Of a DNA stretch of 64,000 nt, positions 18,257 through 28,633 are shown in pieces (the first letter of the stretch is position 1; each line of letters begins with the position of its first letter). The translations under genes were made by a program, and so were the position numbers. The DNA is from Verrucomicrobiaceae bacterium (GTDB lineage: Bacteria; Verrucomicrobiota; Verrucomicrobiia; Verrucomicrobiales; Akkermansiaceae): contig JBPOGH010000001.1 in NCBI GenBank assembly GCA_051252135.1, forward strand, positions 1-64,000, written 5' to 3'. A model generated the notes under the pieces. That model was not told where the DNA came from and did not search any database. It saw only the letters and a list, made by a program, of their open reading frames with translations.

Positions 18257-20152
18257 CTAGTTGGCTTTGACGGGGATGGCGTATTCGCTGGGAGCTTTTT
18301 TGCCACGGGTGCGGACGTCGTCGATTCTTGGGTGGGAGACGAGGTAGTGGTTTTCGTCAATCAGGTTGATAAAGTAGTGGGTGGTGCCCTTGGGGAGTTT
18401 GGCGGTGACGACTTTTCCTTCCTGGTTGATGTTGGCTTGTTGGCGGAACCATTCCTCGTCTTTGTGTCCCGCATTGAGGGTGTAGATGAGATCGGCCCGG
18501 ACGACTTTGGCTCCCTTTTCTTGATAGCTGAGCTGGGCGATGTTTCCGCTTTGGTTGGCTTTGAGTGCCACGGGGGCTTTTTCTTTGTGTGGGATTTTTC
18601 CCACAAAGTAAGGGCTGTAGTAAGGCGTGCTCGCTTCCATCTCGGTGAGGGATTCGTGCAGGCGGGCAGCCATTTCTTTGACTTTACCGGGCATTTCAGG
18701 AGCGAGGTTTTTTGATTCCTCGATGTCGACTCGGGTGCCGAGTCCCTTTGAGCGATCGTAGAGGCGATAGAGTTCGTATTGCTCGTTCTTCTTGTTTCCG
18801 ATGTGGTCGTAGTTTTCGAGGAGCTTGTAGTCGCCGATGCGGATGGAGCTTTCCAAGGCGGCGCTGTTTGGGAAGTGCCAGACCATGGTGTCGCGTGGCT
18901 TGCCGTTGGCTTCTTTGACGAGGGTGGGATCGGTTGGGTCTTTGGCGAGGAGATCGGTGAGGTCGAGGCCGTCTTGCGCTTGGCCCTCTTTCCCTTTGGC
19001 ACCCGCCCAGGAAAGGAGGGTAGGATAGAAGTCGAGTCCGTTGACCATGACTTGGGACTGCACACCCTGTGGGACGTCGGGGCCGGTGATGATGAGAGGG
19101 ACGCGGGTGCCGCCTTCCATGAGGGAGATTTTTCCTCGGTCGAGGGGGTAATTGTCGGTGATGATTTCACCGGGCATGCTTTCCATTCCTCCGTTGTCGG
19201 AGGTGAAGATGACATAGGTATTTTCGACGAGTTTGTGGCCGGGCCAGCGGGGGTCCTCGGTCTTTTCGAGATACTGCGTGAGCTGGCCAATGTAGTAGTC
19301 GAGTTCCTCGACCATGGCGCAGTAGAAGGGGTTGTTTTGACCGGGGATATCCCAGCCGACGGGCTTTCCGACCGGTTTCTCGACGCCGAGTTTTTTGCAG
19401 TATTTGTCGAGGAGTCGTTCGTTGCGGGTGTGGATGGGGGTGTGGACGAGCCAAGTGCAGTAGAAGAGGAAGAAGGGATTTTCTTTGTGAGTGCTGACGA
19501 ACTCGAGGGCGTCGAGGCTGTTTTGGTGGGTGGTGTAGCCGTTTTCGTCTTGGCGGTAGGGATCGTCTTTTTCGGTAGTCGAGAAGCCGGTGAGGCGGTG
19601 AGGTTTCATCCTGCGGGTGACACCGAGGTTGCTTCTGGTCCAGGTGAAGCCGTGGTCTTTAGGCTGAGGGTAGGCGTAGTGATCGATGGCAATGTGCCAT
19701 TTTCCACAGTGGCCGGTGGCGTAGCCAGCGTCGCGTAGGGCGGAGGCGATGCTGTAGGTCTCGACCGGCATGCGGCCGCTATACCAGGGGGAAATCATGC
19801 GCCAATTTTTACCATAGGGAGCCGGGGGCGCGCCGCCGACGACATGGGTCTTCTGGGCGCGGGCCGCGTGGGTGCCACTCATGACGGCGCAACGGGTCGG
19901 AGCACAGGTGGGACAGGGTGCGTAGCCTTGCCAGAACTGGACGCCCTTTTTGGCCAAGGCATCGATGTGAGGAGTTTCCATCGGGCTTTCCTCATCGAGA
20001 TCGTAACACTTGACGTCCTGCCAACCGAGGTCATCGGTGAGAAGGAGGATGATGTTGGGCTTTTCAGGGCGGCCATTTTCAGCGGGTGCTGCGATCGTGG
20101 TTGCGCATGAGAAAAGTCCTGCAAGCGGGATGAGACAGGCTTTGATATTCAT
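18257..20152 (-). CDS. Sulfatase (S1 family), paralog of 32180-34264
   Basis: PNIILLLTDDLGWQD, CAPTRCAVMSG, GKWH. Confidence 0.92.
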   Translation of the reverse strand: MNIKACLIPLAGLFSCATTIAAPAENGRPEKPNIILLLTDDLGWQDVKCYDLDEESPMETPHIDALAKKGVQFWQGYAPCPTCAPTRCAVMSGTHAARAQKTHVVGGAPPAPYGKNWRMISPWYSGRMPVETYSIASALRDAGYATGHCGKWHIAIDHYAYPQPKDHGFTWTRSNLGVTRRMKPHRLTGFSTTEKDDPYRQDENGYTTHQNSLDALEFVSTHKENPFFLFYCTWLVHTPIHTRNERLLDKYCKKLGVEKPVGKPVGWDIPGQNNPFYCAMVEELDYYIGQLTQYLEKTEDPRWPGHKLVENTYVIFTSDNGGMESMPGEIITDNYPLDRGKISLMEGGTRVPLIITGPDVPQGVQSQVMVNGLDFYPTLLSWAGAKGKEGQAQDGLDLTDLLAKDPTDPTLVKEANGKPRDTMVWHFPNSAALESSIRIGDYKLLENYDHIGNKKNEQYELYRLYDRSKGLGTRVDIEESKNLAPEMPGKVKEMAARLHESLTEMEASTPYYSPYFVGKIPHKEKAPVALKANQSGNIAQLSYQEKGAKVVRADLIYTLNAGHKDEEWFRQQANINQEGKVVTAKLPKGTTHYFINLIDENHYLVSHPRIDDVRTRGKKAPSEYAIPVKAN

Positions 20153-20174
20153 GGTGATCGTCTTGGTGGTCTCC

Positions 20175-23100
20175 CTATTTACCGAGCTCGACGGCGAGTT
20201 CCTGGAAGGCGGTGTTTTCGTGGCTCGGAGAGATCGGGGAGGCTTGCCAGATGATCCAACGGAAGGTGCCGAGGGTGGCTTCCTTTTTTGCGCGGAGCGA
20301 GAGAGCGGTGAAGCTTTCGAGTTTTTGGCCCTTGGTGCTGAGGGTGCCGAGGGAGGTGAAGCGGGAGGTGTCGCCGAGGTTCCAGCCGGGATCGGTGGGG
20401 TGATTGCTACCGAAGAGGGCGACGGTTTGAGCGCCGCGCTTGCCTTTCATCTGGTGGGCCCAGCTGGTGATGGCGGTGACGGGCTGGGGCTTGCCGAGGT
20501 CCATTTTGTAAGCGCCGTCCTTGATGCCGTTGGCGAAGATGGGTCCGAAGCCGGAGGCGAGCTTGCCATCGGTGAGGGTGCTGAGGGGGTCGTTGTTTGT
20601 TTTTGTGTTTGCGACGACCTTGCCGCTTGGGGGTTTGGGAGGGATGAGGGTTTTGAATCCGGTGGGATTGGGAGTGGTTTCGAAGGTGACGTCGTCGCCG
20701 ATGTTTTTGATGGCTGATTTGGGCGGCGAGGTAGGTTGTGATGTGGCGACGGTGAGGACGCCTTGCATGACCTGCCAGTGGCCGGGGAAGGTGCAGATGT
20801 AGGGGTAGTCGCCGGGTTCCTCTGGGACGTTGAAGATGATCTCTTCTTCGGAGTTGGGACCGAGGAGTTTTGAGTGGACGAGGACCTTGTCGGAGTTGGG
20901 GATGAAGTGATTTTCCATCGCTCCGGGCTGAGCGGCCATTTGATCGGCGAGGGCTCCGATCTCGGCGGCGCTGCCGGGTTTTAGGAGGAGGAAGTTGTGC
21001 TGCATGATGTCCGGGTTTTCGAAGATGAGGCGGACTTTGGCTCCGGGTTCGGCGCGGAGGGTCTTGGGCGCGAATTGGAGGCCGGGGGCGGCGGTGACGC
21101 GGAGGGTGACGCCTTCTTCCTTGAGTTTAGCGGCGTGTTGGGCGGCGAATTTTTCGAGAGATGGGGTGTCTTTGACGTGGGTCGCTTTGGTGAGGGCGCG
21201 GCCGACGGCGTCGTAGAGGAAGACGGGCGGGAGGCCTTTGCCGCGATTCATGCGTCCTTTGGTGAGCTCAATTTCGATGACGTTGAGCCCGGGGACGAGG
21301 TCGATCTGGATTTGCTGGTCGCCGCTCCAGAAGGAGTTTTGGCTAAACTTAAGGGAGCCGTTGATGGTGACGTCGAGCGTCTTGGAATTGATTCCGAGGA
21401 TCGCGGATTGGGCGATCTCGGATTCGACGAAGGTGCGGTAGAGGTTAATGCCGCCACCTGAGCGCTTTTTGGAGGTGTGGACGATGGGCTCGCCGAAGCC
21501 GCCGGGTTCGTATTGGAGCCAGTGGGTGAGTTCGGCGGCGGGGTCGACATCGAGGACAGGGACGCTGCGGCCTTTGACGGGCTCCGTTCCTTGCTCGAGG
21601 ATTTGGAGAGTTTGCCTGACGATTTCGTGATTGCCGGGGATGAGGGCGAGGACTTGGTCGAGCTCGGGAAGGGTGGGTCGGAGTTGTGAAATGGCATTGA
21701 TGACGGCGACGAGGACACGGGGGTGCGGGTCGTTGGCGAGGGCGGTGAGGCGGGCGGTGAGGTCGGTGAGATGGGTGGCTTGTTTTACGATGAGGTGAGT
21801 GACGGCGACTCGATGGTGGAAGGACTTTGATTGGGCGAGGGCGTCGAGGAGTGCGGGGCGGACTTCGCCGAGTCCGCCGAGGACGAAGCTGGCTTCGAGG
21901 GCGGCTTGGTCGAAGTTTGGATCGTTGCGGTCGAAGGAAGTGATCCATTGATCGACGGCTTTGATGGCTTCGGCTCCGTGTTTGCGGAGTTCGATGCGGG
22001 TGTGCTTTCGGACGAGGTCCTGGTCGTGGGTGAGGAGCTGGCAAAGGTCGGTGAGAGGAGCGCCTTCGATGGTGGGGAATTTGGTGACGAGGGGTTTTGC
22101 TTTGTGGACAATTTTCCAGATGCGGCCGTAGTCGTGATCCCAACCCGGATCGCGCATGGGGTGCTGGGCGTGGCCGATGATGGGGCTGCAGAAGTCGGAG
22201 ACGTAGAGCGCGCCGTCCATGCCGAATTCGAGGTCGGCGGGGCGGAAGGCGGCATTGGGCGAGGAGACGAGGGTGATGGGGTCCTTTGCTTTGACCATGC
22301 CGTCGTCGTAGTTGAAGCCGGTGAGGGTGACGGCGTAGCGGCCGAGGAGGGAGCCGGTGACGACGCCTTGATCGTAGGCGTCGGGGAAATTCGGGCTGGA
22401 GACGATAGCGGCGCCGGAGCCTTTTCCGTAGCCGCAGACGAAGCCGTATTTATAGGGGTGGTAGGAGCCGAGGGGCGTCCATGGGAGGGCGGTGCCATCG
22501 TAGAGGCCGCCGTCGCCGTAGTTTTGGAAAGTGTTTCCCCAGCGGTCAAAGGTGATGTTCCAGGGGTTGGGGGTGGTGTGTTGCCAGAGGGTGGAAATTT
22601 TTCCGGTGTCGAGATTGAGGCTGTAGGTGGTGGCGTCGATGCCGCGATGAACTCCGTGGGGAGTTTCGAGCTGGGAGCGGTGGAAGACGCCATCGGAGAA
22701 GATGAGATCGCCCATCGGATCGGTGGCGATCATGCCGCCGTGGTGGGAGTCGGTGACATCGATTCCGCGGAGGAGTTCGGACTGGCTGTTGAGGAGGTCG
22801 TTGCCATCGCTGACCTTAGTGAGCCAGAGGCGGGGTTGCTCGGAAATGATCACGCCATTGCGGTGGAAGGCGACGCCATCGAGGGCATCGAGGCCTTCCA
22901 TGTAGGTGGTGGCTTTGTCGGCTTTGCCGTCGTTATCGGTGTCTTCGAGGATGAGGATTTTGTCGGGCGGGGTGAGGCCGGGGACGGTGTGCGGGAAGGA
23001 AGGCATGGTGACGACCCAGAGGCGGCCTTTGGCATCGAAGGCGATCTGGACGGGGTTTCGGAGCTCGGGGAATTCTTCTTCGGAGGCGAAGAGGCTGAGC

Positions 23101-24893
23101 TCGTAGTCCTGGTGGACTTCGAATTCGGAGATGGCTTTGGAGATGGGTTTGATGACGCCGTTTCCATTTTTAGCACGTTTGCCTTTGCCCTCGGGCATGG
23201 GAGGGAGAGATGGCGCGGGGAATTCTGCGAAGGTTTTCTTAGGGTTGGCGGCGAGCTGGTGGACGATGGATTCGGTGAGCTCGATCATCTTGTGGTAGCG
23301 CGGCATTTCATCGGCATATTCCTGAGGGCGGGCGCGGACGCCGAAGTAGACGACGGCATTCTTGGGGCGGACGACTTCGGCGACGCGCTGGTGTTTTGCG
23401 GCGGCGGCGAGGGTGACCTCGCGGAGGTGCTTTGGATCGATCTTTGAAGTGCGAGCGAGGGCTTTGGCGATGGCTTGGGCGACGATGCTGTTTCCGGAAG
23501 CATTTAAGTGAATGCCGGCGGTGGTGAGCGGGGCTTCTTGGCGGGCGTAGGCATCGTGGGTGAGGGTGAAGAGATCGATGAACTGGGCGTCGACGTCGGC
23601 GGCGAGTTTTTGGATCGCTTCGGAGTAGAGCCGGATGTCGGCATTGCGGGTTGCGGAAGCGCCTTCGCTGGCGATGGGTGAGAGGAGGACGAGCTTGGCG
23701 CCGGGGTGGCTGAGGGCGAGTTGGTCGAGGTGGGTGCGGTAGTGGCTTTGGAATTCCTCGAGGCCATCTGCTCCAGCGAATGATTCGTAGAAGCCGTAGC
23801 CGAGGACGAGGGTGTCGGCGGGCCACTCGGCGATGAGGTTTTTCATGTGCTTGGCGTAGCCTTCGAGGCGGAGGCGGTTGCCGACTTCATCGCCCGTCCA
23901 GGCGAGGCTGCGGATTTTGAGGCCCGCTTTGGGATTCGCGATCTGGAGGCGGGCTTCGAGTTCGCCGTGCTCGAGGAGGCGCTCGATCATGGAGTTGCCG
24001 TAGAAGAGGATGGTGGGATTCTTGGGAGCGGCTTGGGCTTTCTTTGGGGCGGATTTTCCGAGGGTTTGGATCGTGGTTTCCGCAGAAGGGACGGGCTGAC
24101 CGGCGGCCCAGAAGACGCCGTTGACCATGACGCGCATGGATTCGGGGATGGCGAAGTCGCCGGTGTGGCCGAGGGAGGTGCCGAAGACGCGGCCGCCCCA
24201 TTGGTTGGTCCAGGTCCAGGCGATGGTGTCGGTCATGTTCTTTTTGAGATCGAAGGTACCGAAGGGGGTGGTGCGGACGCCGGTGCGATTGGGGCTGCCG
24301 GTTCCCTGGAGGAGCGGGGTGGCTCCTTTTTCGAGGTTCGTGAGGTAGAGGGTTCCGGGAGAGCGCCATTCGGTGGCATCGATTCCGGTGAGGATGGGGT
24401 GTTTTTCTTTACCTTGAATGGGTGAGACTTGGGTTTGGCCCTGGAGGTGGATGAGGTAAGGGGTTCCGAAGGATTCGCGGCCGAAGGCGATGTTGAGGTC
24501 CTGCTTGGGGTGATCTTTTGGGTAGTTGAAGGCGTGGGTGCTGGTGCGGAAGCAGACGAGGGGTTTGCCGCTTTCGATGAACTTCGTGATGTGGGCGAGT
24601 TGCTCGTCTTCCAGTTTGAGAAAGCGAACGAAAAAGATGCCGACATCGGCGTCTTGCAGAGCTTCGAGACCGGGGAGGCCGCGCTTGTCTTTTTCGGGAT
24701 CCCAGTCTGGATTGACGACGGTGGTGTCGAAGCCGAGGCGCTCCAGCTCGGAGGCGAACCGGGGCATCGATTTGTGGGGCGAGTAGTGATGGGTGCCGAC
24801 GACGATGACGGCGTGTGGTTTTTCGGCGGCTTGAGAAAGTGGTGCTCCCAAGAGGGTGAGCACGAAGAAGAGAGTGGGGAGCAAGCGGTTCAT
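20175..24893 (-). CDS. Multidomain PVC-type protein: ThuA-like + SGNH-like + dehydrogenase-like propeller + HEAT-like + azurin/auracyanin-type cupredoxin + C-terminal beta-domain
   Basis: Probable start MNRLLPTLFF; GGRVFGTSLGH (ThuA-like); NPVQIAFDAKGRLWV; HNFLLLKPG...YPYICTFPGHWQVM type-1 copper ligands; no CxxCH found. Confidence 0.85.
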   Translation of the reverse strand: MNRLLPTLFFVLTLLGAPLSQAAEKPHAVIVVGTHHYSPHKSMPRFASELERLGFDTTVVNPDWDPEKDKRGLPGLEALQDADVGIFFVRFLKLEDEQLAHITKFIESGKPLVCFRTSTHAFNYPKDHPKQDLNIAFGRESFGTPYLIHLQGQTQVSPIQGKEKHPILTGIDATEWRSPGTLYLTNLEKGATPLLQGTGSPNRTGVRTTPFGTFDLKKNMTDTIAWTWTNQWGGRVFGTSLGHTGDFAIPESMRVMVNGVFWAAGQPVPSAETTIQTLGKSAPKKAQAAPKNPTILFYGNSMIERLLEHGELEARLQIANPKAGLKIRSLAWTGDEVGNRLRLEGYAKHMKNLIAEWPADTLVLGYGFYESFAGADGLEEFQSHYRTHLDQLALSHPGAKLVLLSPIASEGASATRNADIRLYSEAIQKLAADVDAQFIDLFTLTHDAYARQEAPLTTAGIHLNASGNSIVAQAIAKALARTSKIDPKHLREVTLAAAAKHQRVAEVVRPKNAVVYFGVRARPQEYADEMPRYHKMIELTESIVHQLAANPKKTFAEFPAPSLPPMPEGKGKRAKNGNGVIKPISKAISEFEVHQDYELSLFASEEEFPELRNPVQIAFDAKGRLWVVTMPSFPHTVPGLTPPDKILILEDTDNDGKADKATTYMEGLDALDGVAFHRNGVIISEQPRLWLTKVSDGNDLLNSQSELLRGIDVTDSHHGGMIATDPMGDLIFSDGVFHRSQLETPHGVHRGIDATTYSLNLDTGKISTLWQHTTPNPWNITFDRWGNTFQNYGDGGLYDGTALPWTPLGSYHPYKYGFVCGYGKGSGAAIVSSPNFPDAYDQGVVTGSLLGRYAVTLTGFNYDDGMVKAKDPITLVSSPNAAFRPADLEFGMDGALYVSDFCSPIIGHAQHPMRDPGWDHDYGRIWKIVHKAKPLVTKFPTIEGAPLTDLCQLLTHDQDLVRKHTRIELRKHGAEAIKAVDQWITSFDRNDPNFDQAALEASFVLGGLGEVRPALLDALAQSKSFHHRVAVTHLIVKQATHLTDLTARLTALANDPHPRVLVAVINAISQLRPTLPELDQVLALIPGNHEIVRQTLQILEQGTEPVKGRSVPVLDVDPAAELTHWLQYEPGGFGEPIVHTSKKRSGGGINLYRTFVESEIAQSAILGINSKTLDVTINGSLKFSQNSFWSGDQQIQIDLVPGLNVIEIELTKGRMNRGKGLPPVFLYDAVGRALTKATHVKDTPSLEKFAAQHAAKLKEEGVTLRVTAAPGLQFAPKTLRAEPGAKVRLIFENPDIMQHNFLLLKPGSAAEIGALADQMAAQPGAMENHFIPNSDKVLVHSKLLGPNSEEEIIFNVPEEPGDYPYICTFPGHWQVMQGVLTVATSQPTSPPKSAIKNIGDDVTFETTPNPTGFKTLIPPKPPSGKVVANTKTNNDPLSTLTDGKLASGFGPIFANGIKDGAYKMDLGKPQPVTAITSWAHQMKGKRGAQTVALFGSNHPTDPGWNLGDTSRFTSLGTLSTKGQKLESFTALSLRAKKEATLGTFRWIIWQASPISPSHENTAFQELAVELGK

Positions 24894-24931
24894 TGAAGAG
24901 TTGGAAAGTGTGATCATTCCAAGTGGATTGA

Positions 24932-25181
24932 TCACGTCGATACTGCACCTTAGAGTGCTTCTTTCAATAGAAGTGATCTGTCAGACAGACCTAGCCGTCT
25001 GCTATCGTGCTGAGAGGGCGAGGTATTGGTGGCGGATGACTTTGCCGTCGTTGCCTTTGTCGAAGTTTTTGAAGCGGGTCTCGAGGTGGTTTCCTCTTTG
25101 TCCTGCAGGGAATTCTTCGAGGGTGAGGTTCTCGTCCGTGCCAGTGTCCCAGCGATCGGAGGGGGTGTTGTGATCTCCTTT
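24932..25181 (-). pseudogene. Degenerate duplicate of the EF-hand 3' end and downstream intergenic DNA of sulfatase 32180-34264
   Basis: Translates as ...WDTGTDENLTLEEFPAGQRGNHLETRFKNFDKGNDGKVIRHQYLALSAR* versus ...WDTNKDDILTLEEYLAGQKGKNLETRFKNFDKDNDGKVTRHEYVVLSAR*; DNA aligns to 32120-32359; no plausible own start. Confidence 0.85.
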
Positions 25182-25191
25182 GGCCTTCCGA

Positions 25192-27780
25192 TTATTCGGT
25201 ATTTTTCCCAATACGGTAGAATAGCTTCTCGTCGTCCGATTCGTGCGTGAAAATCCCCAGTGACGAGGTTGGGTTCCTTGTTTCCAAGAGTGTCCAAGTA
25301 TTGAGGTCATTACTGCCGTAGAGGTGGTAGGGGACCCCGAGCGATCCTTGATAGAGGAGCCGTGTGGTGATTTCATGACCTTCAATTATATTGAGAGAAT
25401 TGATCAGTTTTAAGGGGATGGCATCACACACTTCCAAGGTAGGTAGATTTCCAGCACTGAGATCGATTCCGATACCGTTATTGTTGGTGATATCCTCCAA
25501 GGTGATGAAGAAGCCGTTGTTTGTGACGCTGCCATCCAGCCAAGTTTGAACGATATTGGTCACATCGAAGGAGTATTCATTGATGTCCAAGAGGCCTGTG
25601 TTGTCGGCTACATTTCCTCCAGCTACGTAGCTGCCAATGATCGGAGCGGTGAAGCTCGGGGCAGTGAGGCCATCGACCGAAGAGGCACCCGCTTGAAGGT
25701 TATTGGCTCCCTGAGTGTTGTTGAGAGAGTAGGCATTGAAGGTGAGAGTGGCTCTTGAGATTTCGGAAAACCCGGCCATCGCCGCGAGATCAAATTTCAG
25801 AAAGGCTCTGACCTTACGGTTGTCATTATTGTTGGAGCCTCGGACGTAGAGGGTTGTGGTGTAAGGGGCTCCTTCCACGGTGCTGAATTTATCGAGGTTG
25901 TTGCTGCCATTGGCAGGCGTGAGGCCGGTGGCGTCGATGGTCGCAAAGCTCGTGCCATCAAAGGTTCCGGTGATGCAGTCTCCGCTTGCGATCGTGAGTT
26001 GGTTTGGAACGGTGATGTTGAGTGTGTTGGAGGTGGCGTTGGGGGTGCCATCGGTGCCAAAGGCGGCTCCCTGTGGAAGACGAATGACGATATCCGAGGA
26101 ACGATCGGGAATGGCGGTGAGAGTGTAAGTTGTTCCTGAGCCGGTGAGGTTGGAGATCAGCGCGCCCGCGGCACTGAAGTCTGTGGTGGAGAGTCCGGTC
26201 ATGGGTTGACCAAAGGTGGCGGTGAAGGTGAAGGAGGTGTCAGATGAAGTGGTCGCGGTGGAAAGGGTCGTGGTCGGGACGGTGGAGTCGACAAATGAGG
26301 TGTCGGCATTGGCGGTGGCTTCCCAAGCATCGAAGCCGCTGACGAGTTCATGGTAGATGTCTTGAATCGCTTGGGGCTGGGAGGCGATGTTGTCTTGAGT
26401 CGCGAGAGCGGCGGTTTCTTTTTGATGATCAGGGACGGTCATGTCCCAGAGTTCCCACGTGTTTTCCGGGCGGGTGATTTTATAGTTTTGGGCGATGTAA
26501 GCTTCGTCGCCATCGTGAATGAAGCCAATGGGGGCCGATCGCACAGTGGCCGTTCCTTCGATCACGGGACGGAGGGAGACTCCGTCCAGTGGAAGTTGTG
26601 TTTCTGCGGCGAGGTCAAGATAGTCGAGGATGGTTGGATAATAATCGCTGGTGGAAGAGACGAAATCAGTGGTTCGGCTGCTGGTGATGACATCCGGCCA
26701 TTCGAGGATGCCGGGCACCCGAATGCCGCCTTCGTAGAGACTTCTTTTCCGCTCGCGGAGTGATCCACTGCGGAAGGATCGTGAAGGATCGGTTTCATTG
26801 GGAGAATCGATGCCGTCTTCAGGACCATTGTCACTGGTGAGCCAGATCATGGTGTTGCCTCTGGCCCCGGCGGAATCCAGGGCGGTGCGAAGGTTACCGA
26901 TGGCCGTGTCCATGTCTTCGATTGAATCTTTGAGGGCATCGTTGCTATCTCTTGCTGTGACCCCATCCGGGTCCATCACCGGTTTGTGAGGGGTGTGATA
27001 CCAGATCACGCAGAAGAAGGGTTTGTCTTCGTTCACCGCACTCGTGATAAAATTGATCGCTTCGTTGGTGACGAGTTTTGAGTCGTCGCCATCAGAGGTA
27101 TTATTCACTTCATTCACCGTGACCATGGTGCCTTCGGCTGCCGTTAAAGGGTCTCCCAAAGGTGTTCTCCAGTAGCGGGTGCCGTAGAAATTATTGTCAG
27201 CGAAAGAGGTGGGCAATGCTGCGCTGTTGTTGGTGATCCGGTAGGGGTGATAGGTCGGCACCTTGGCCTCGGTGGCGAAGCAGGTGTCGTAGCTAAAAAA
27301 CCAGGGCGGAGCGTATTCGCTGAGGTTTCCATTGGCCCCTCGGTTTGAATCATCGCGGAGCGTGGTCATCGTTCCCATATGCCATTTTCCGAAGTGGCCG
27401 GTGCGGTAGCCTTTGGCTGCTAAAATGGTGGAGAGCGGGGTCTCATCGGCTCCGATTCTTCCGCTATTTGCGAGGGGGATGCCCACGCGAATGGGGTTTC
27501 GCCCGGTGAGGCAGCTTGCGCGGGTTGGGGAGCACTGGGCGGAGGCGGAATAGAAACGATTGAAGACGAGCCCGTTGGCCGCCATGTCATCCATGACCGG
27601 AGTGCTGATCCAGCCTTGGTCAGGGTGCGGGGTTCCATCTGCTTTGAGGACATTTTGGCTCACGTAAGAGGGGTCGGCGAAACCCATATCATCAGCCATG
27701 ATGAGGATGATGTTGGGTAGCGAAGCGGCTTGGAGGAGGGGCAGTGCTACCAGCGAGATTGTGAGGAATCGCTTTTTCAT
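25192..27780 (-). CDS. Secreted sulfatase with Ig-like and DNRLRE-like domains and Verrucomicrobia-type C-terminal domain
   Basis: Start reassigned to MKKRFLTISL; CSPTRASCLTGR; KVRAFLKFDL and SFDVTNIVQTWLDG; ends YGSNDLNTW...KLFYRI. Confidence 0.88.
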   Translation of the reverse strand: MKKRFLTISLVALPLLQAASLPNIILIMADDMGFADPSYVSQNVLKADGTPHPDQGWISTPVMDDMAANGLVFNRFYSASAQCSPTRASCLTGRNPIRVGIPLANSGRIGADETPLSTILAAKGYRTGHFGKWHMGTMTTLRDDSNRGANGNLSEYAPPWFFSYDTCFATEAKVPTYHPYRITNNSAALPTSFADNNFYGTRYWRTPLGDPLTAAEGTMVTVNEVNNTSDGDDSKLVTNEAINFITSAVNEDKPFFCVIWYHTPHKPVMDPDGVTARDSNDALKDSIEDMDTAIGNLRTALDSAGARGNTMIWLTSDNGPEDGIDSPNETDPSRSFRSGSLRERKRSLYEGGIRVPGILEWPDVITSSRTTDFVSSTSDYYPTILDYLDLAAETQLPLDGVSLRPVIEGTATVRSAPIGFIHDGDEAYIAQNYKITRPENTWELWDMTVPDHQKETAALATQDNIASQPQAIQDIYHELVSGFDAWEATANADTSFVDSTVPTTTLSTATTSSDTSFTFTATFGQPMTGLSTTDFSAAGALISNLTGSGTTYTLTAIPDRSSDIVIRLPQGAAFGTDGTPNATSNTLNITVPNQLTIASGDCITGTFDGTSFATIDATGLTPANGSNNLDKFSTVEGAPYTTTLYVRGSNNNDNRKVRAFLKFDLAAMAGFSEISRATLTFNAYSLNNTQGANNLQAGASSVDGLTAPSFTAPIIGSYVAGGNVADNTGLLDINEYSFDVTNIVQTWLDGSVTNNGFFITLEDITNNNGIGIDLSAGNLPTLEVCDAIPLKLINSLNIIEGHEITTRLLYQGSLGVPYHLYGSNDLNTWTLLETRNPTSSLGIFTHESDDEKLFYRIGKNTE

Positions 27781-27800
27781 AATCCGGGAAGGGATGGTAT

Positions 27801-27827
27801 TAAAAAAGCACACCTGAAGGTGTGCTT
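27801..27827 (-). terminator. Stem-loop with T-run downstream of the PEP-CTERM gene
   Basis: Minus strand AAGCACACC-TTCA-GGTGTGCTT followed by TTTT. Confidence 0.65.
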
Positions 27828-27859
27828 CTTCAAGAAGTGAAATGAGATCACCGGGAGAA

Positions 27860-28633
27860 CTACTTCGAACGACGGCGTGTGACCAGAAGTCCGCCAGCCA
27901 AGCCAAGGAGCGCCAGGGAGGAGGGCTCTGGAACTGTCTCGATGGTGGCATTCTCGAAATAAGCAGCGTTACTAACGGAGTTTCCTGTGAAGGTGAGACC
28001 AAAATTATCAATAGAGCCATTTGCCCAACCTTTAACCAGTGGGGTGATGTCAAGCGTGATCCCTGGAGATGCACTCGTATTCGAGGCTACATCCGTGACA
28101 AGGTTGCCTAAATCGGTAGCGGAAGTGGAATAAGCAAAGGTCGGAAGGTTTGTGGTTGAATCCCAAGCGGCAGTGGTGACTTGTCCCAATCCTACATTAA
28201 AGCCAGACTGGAGGTTATTGAGGGCTCCAACATAGTCGACGGTGAATGTCGCCGTGAAATTTGGATCGGCTAGCTCTGCGGCAGAAAGGCCGGACACATC
28301 AAATTGCATGAAGCTGCGCCACTCTCTATTCAGTTGGCCAGAGTTGGTTCTTTCTCTGATTCCCAGTTCATAAGTCACGGTGGTTTGATTATCAAATACC
28401 ACTCCGGGATTCTCGCTGGCCGTATCGTAGATCGAGACAGTGTTGTTTACGGTGCCATCACCGTTCGTTCTCACCACATTTGAGGTGGTTTGAGTGCCGC
28501 TGATCGTCGTGGTGATGGCGTCTCCGTGGATCCCGATCGAGTCTGTAACGGTAAGGCTGGCTGCCCCAAGGCTTCCGGAACTTAGGATTCCAGCAGTGGC
28601 GAAGAGAAGATGAAAGCTGAAGATTTTGTACAT
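27860..28633 (-). CDS. PEP-CTERM surface protein with DNRLRE-like domain
   Basis: Signal peptide; C-terminal VPEPSSLALLGLAGGLLVTRRRSK; RSFMQFDVSGL and LDITPLVKGWANG. Confidence 0.92.
   Translation of the reverse strand: MYKIFSFHLLFATAGILSSGSLGAASLTVTDSIGIHGDAITTTISGTQTTSNVVRTNGDGTVNNTVSIYDTASENPGVVFDNQTTVTYELGIRERTNSGQLNREWRSFMQFDVSGLSAAELADPNFTATFTVDYVGALNNLQSGFNVGLGQVTTAAWDSTTNLPTFAYSTSATDLGNLVTDVASNTSASPGITLDITPLVKGWANGSIDNFGLTFTGNSVSNAAYFENATIETVPEPSSLALLGLAGGLLVTRRRSK

Noticed and set aside
25002..25385. 127-aa ORF as an independent EF-hand gene
   Set aside because: Its N-terminal half overlaps the sulfatase 3' end out of frame; only the last ~60 codons are meaningful, and they form a degenerate duplicate
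27781..28074. N-terminal extension of the 960-aa ORF
   Set aside because: Overlaps the PEP-CTERM gene and a terminator; the signal peptide starts at 27780
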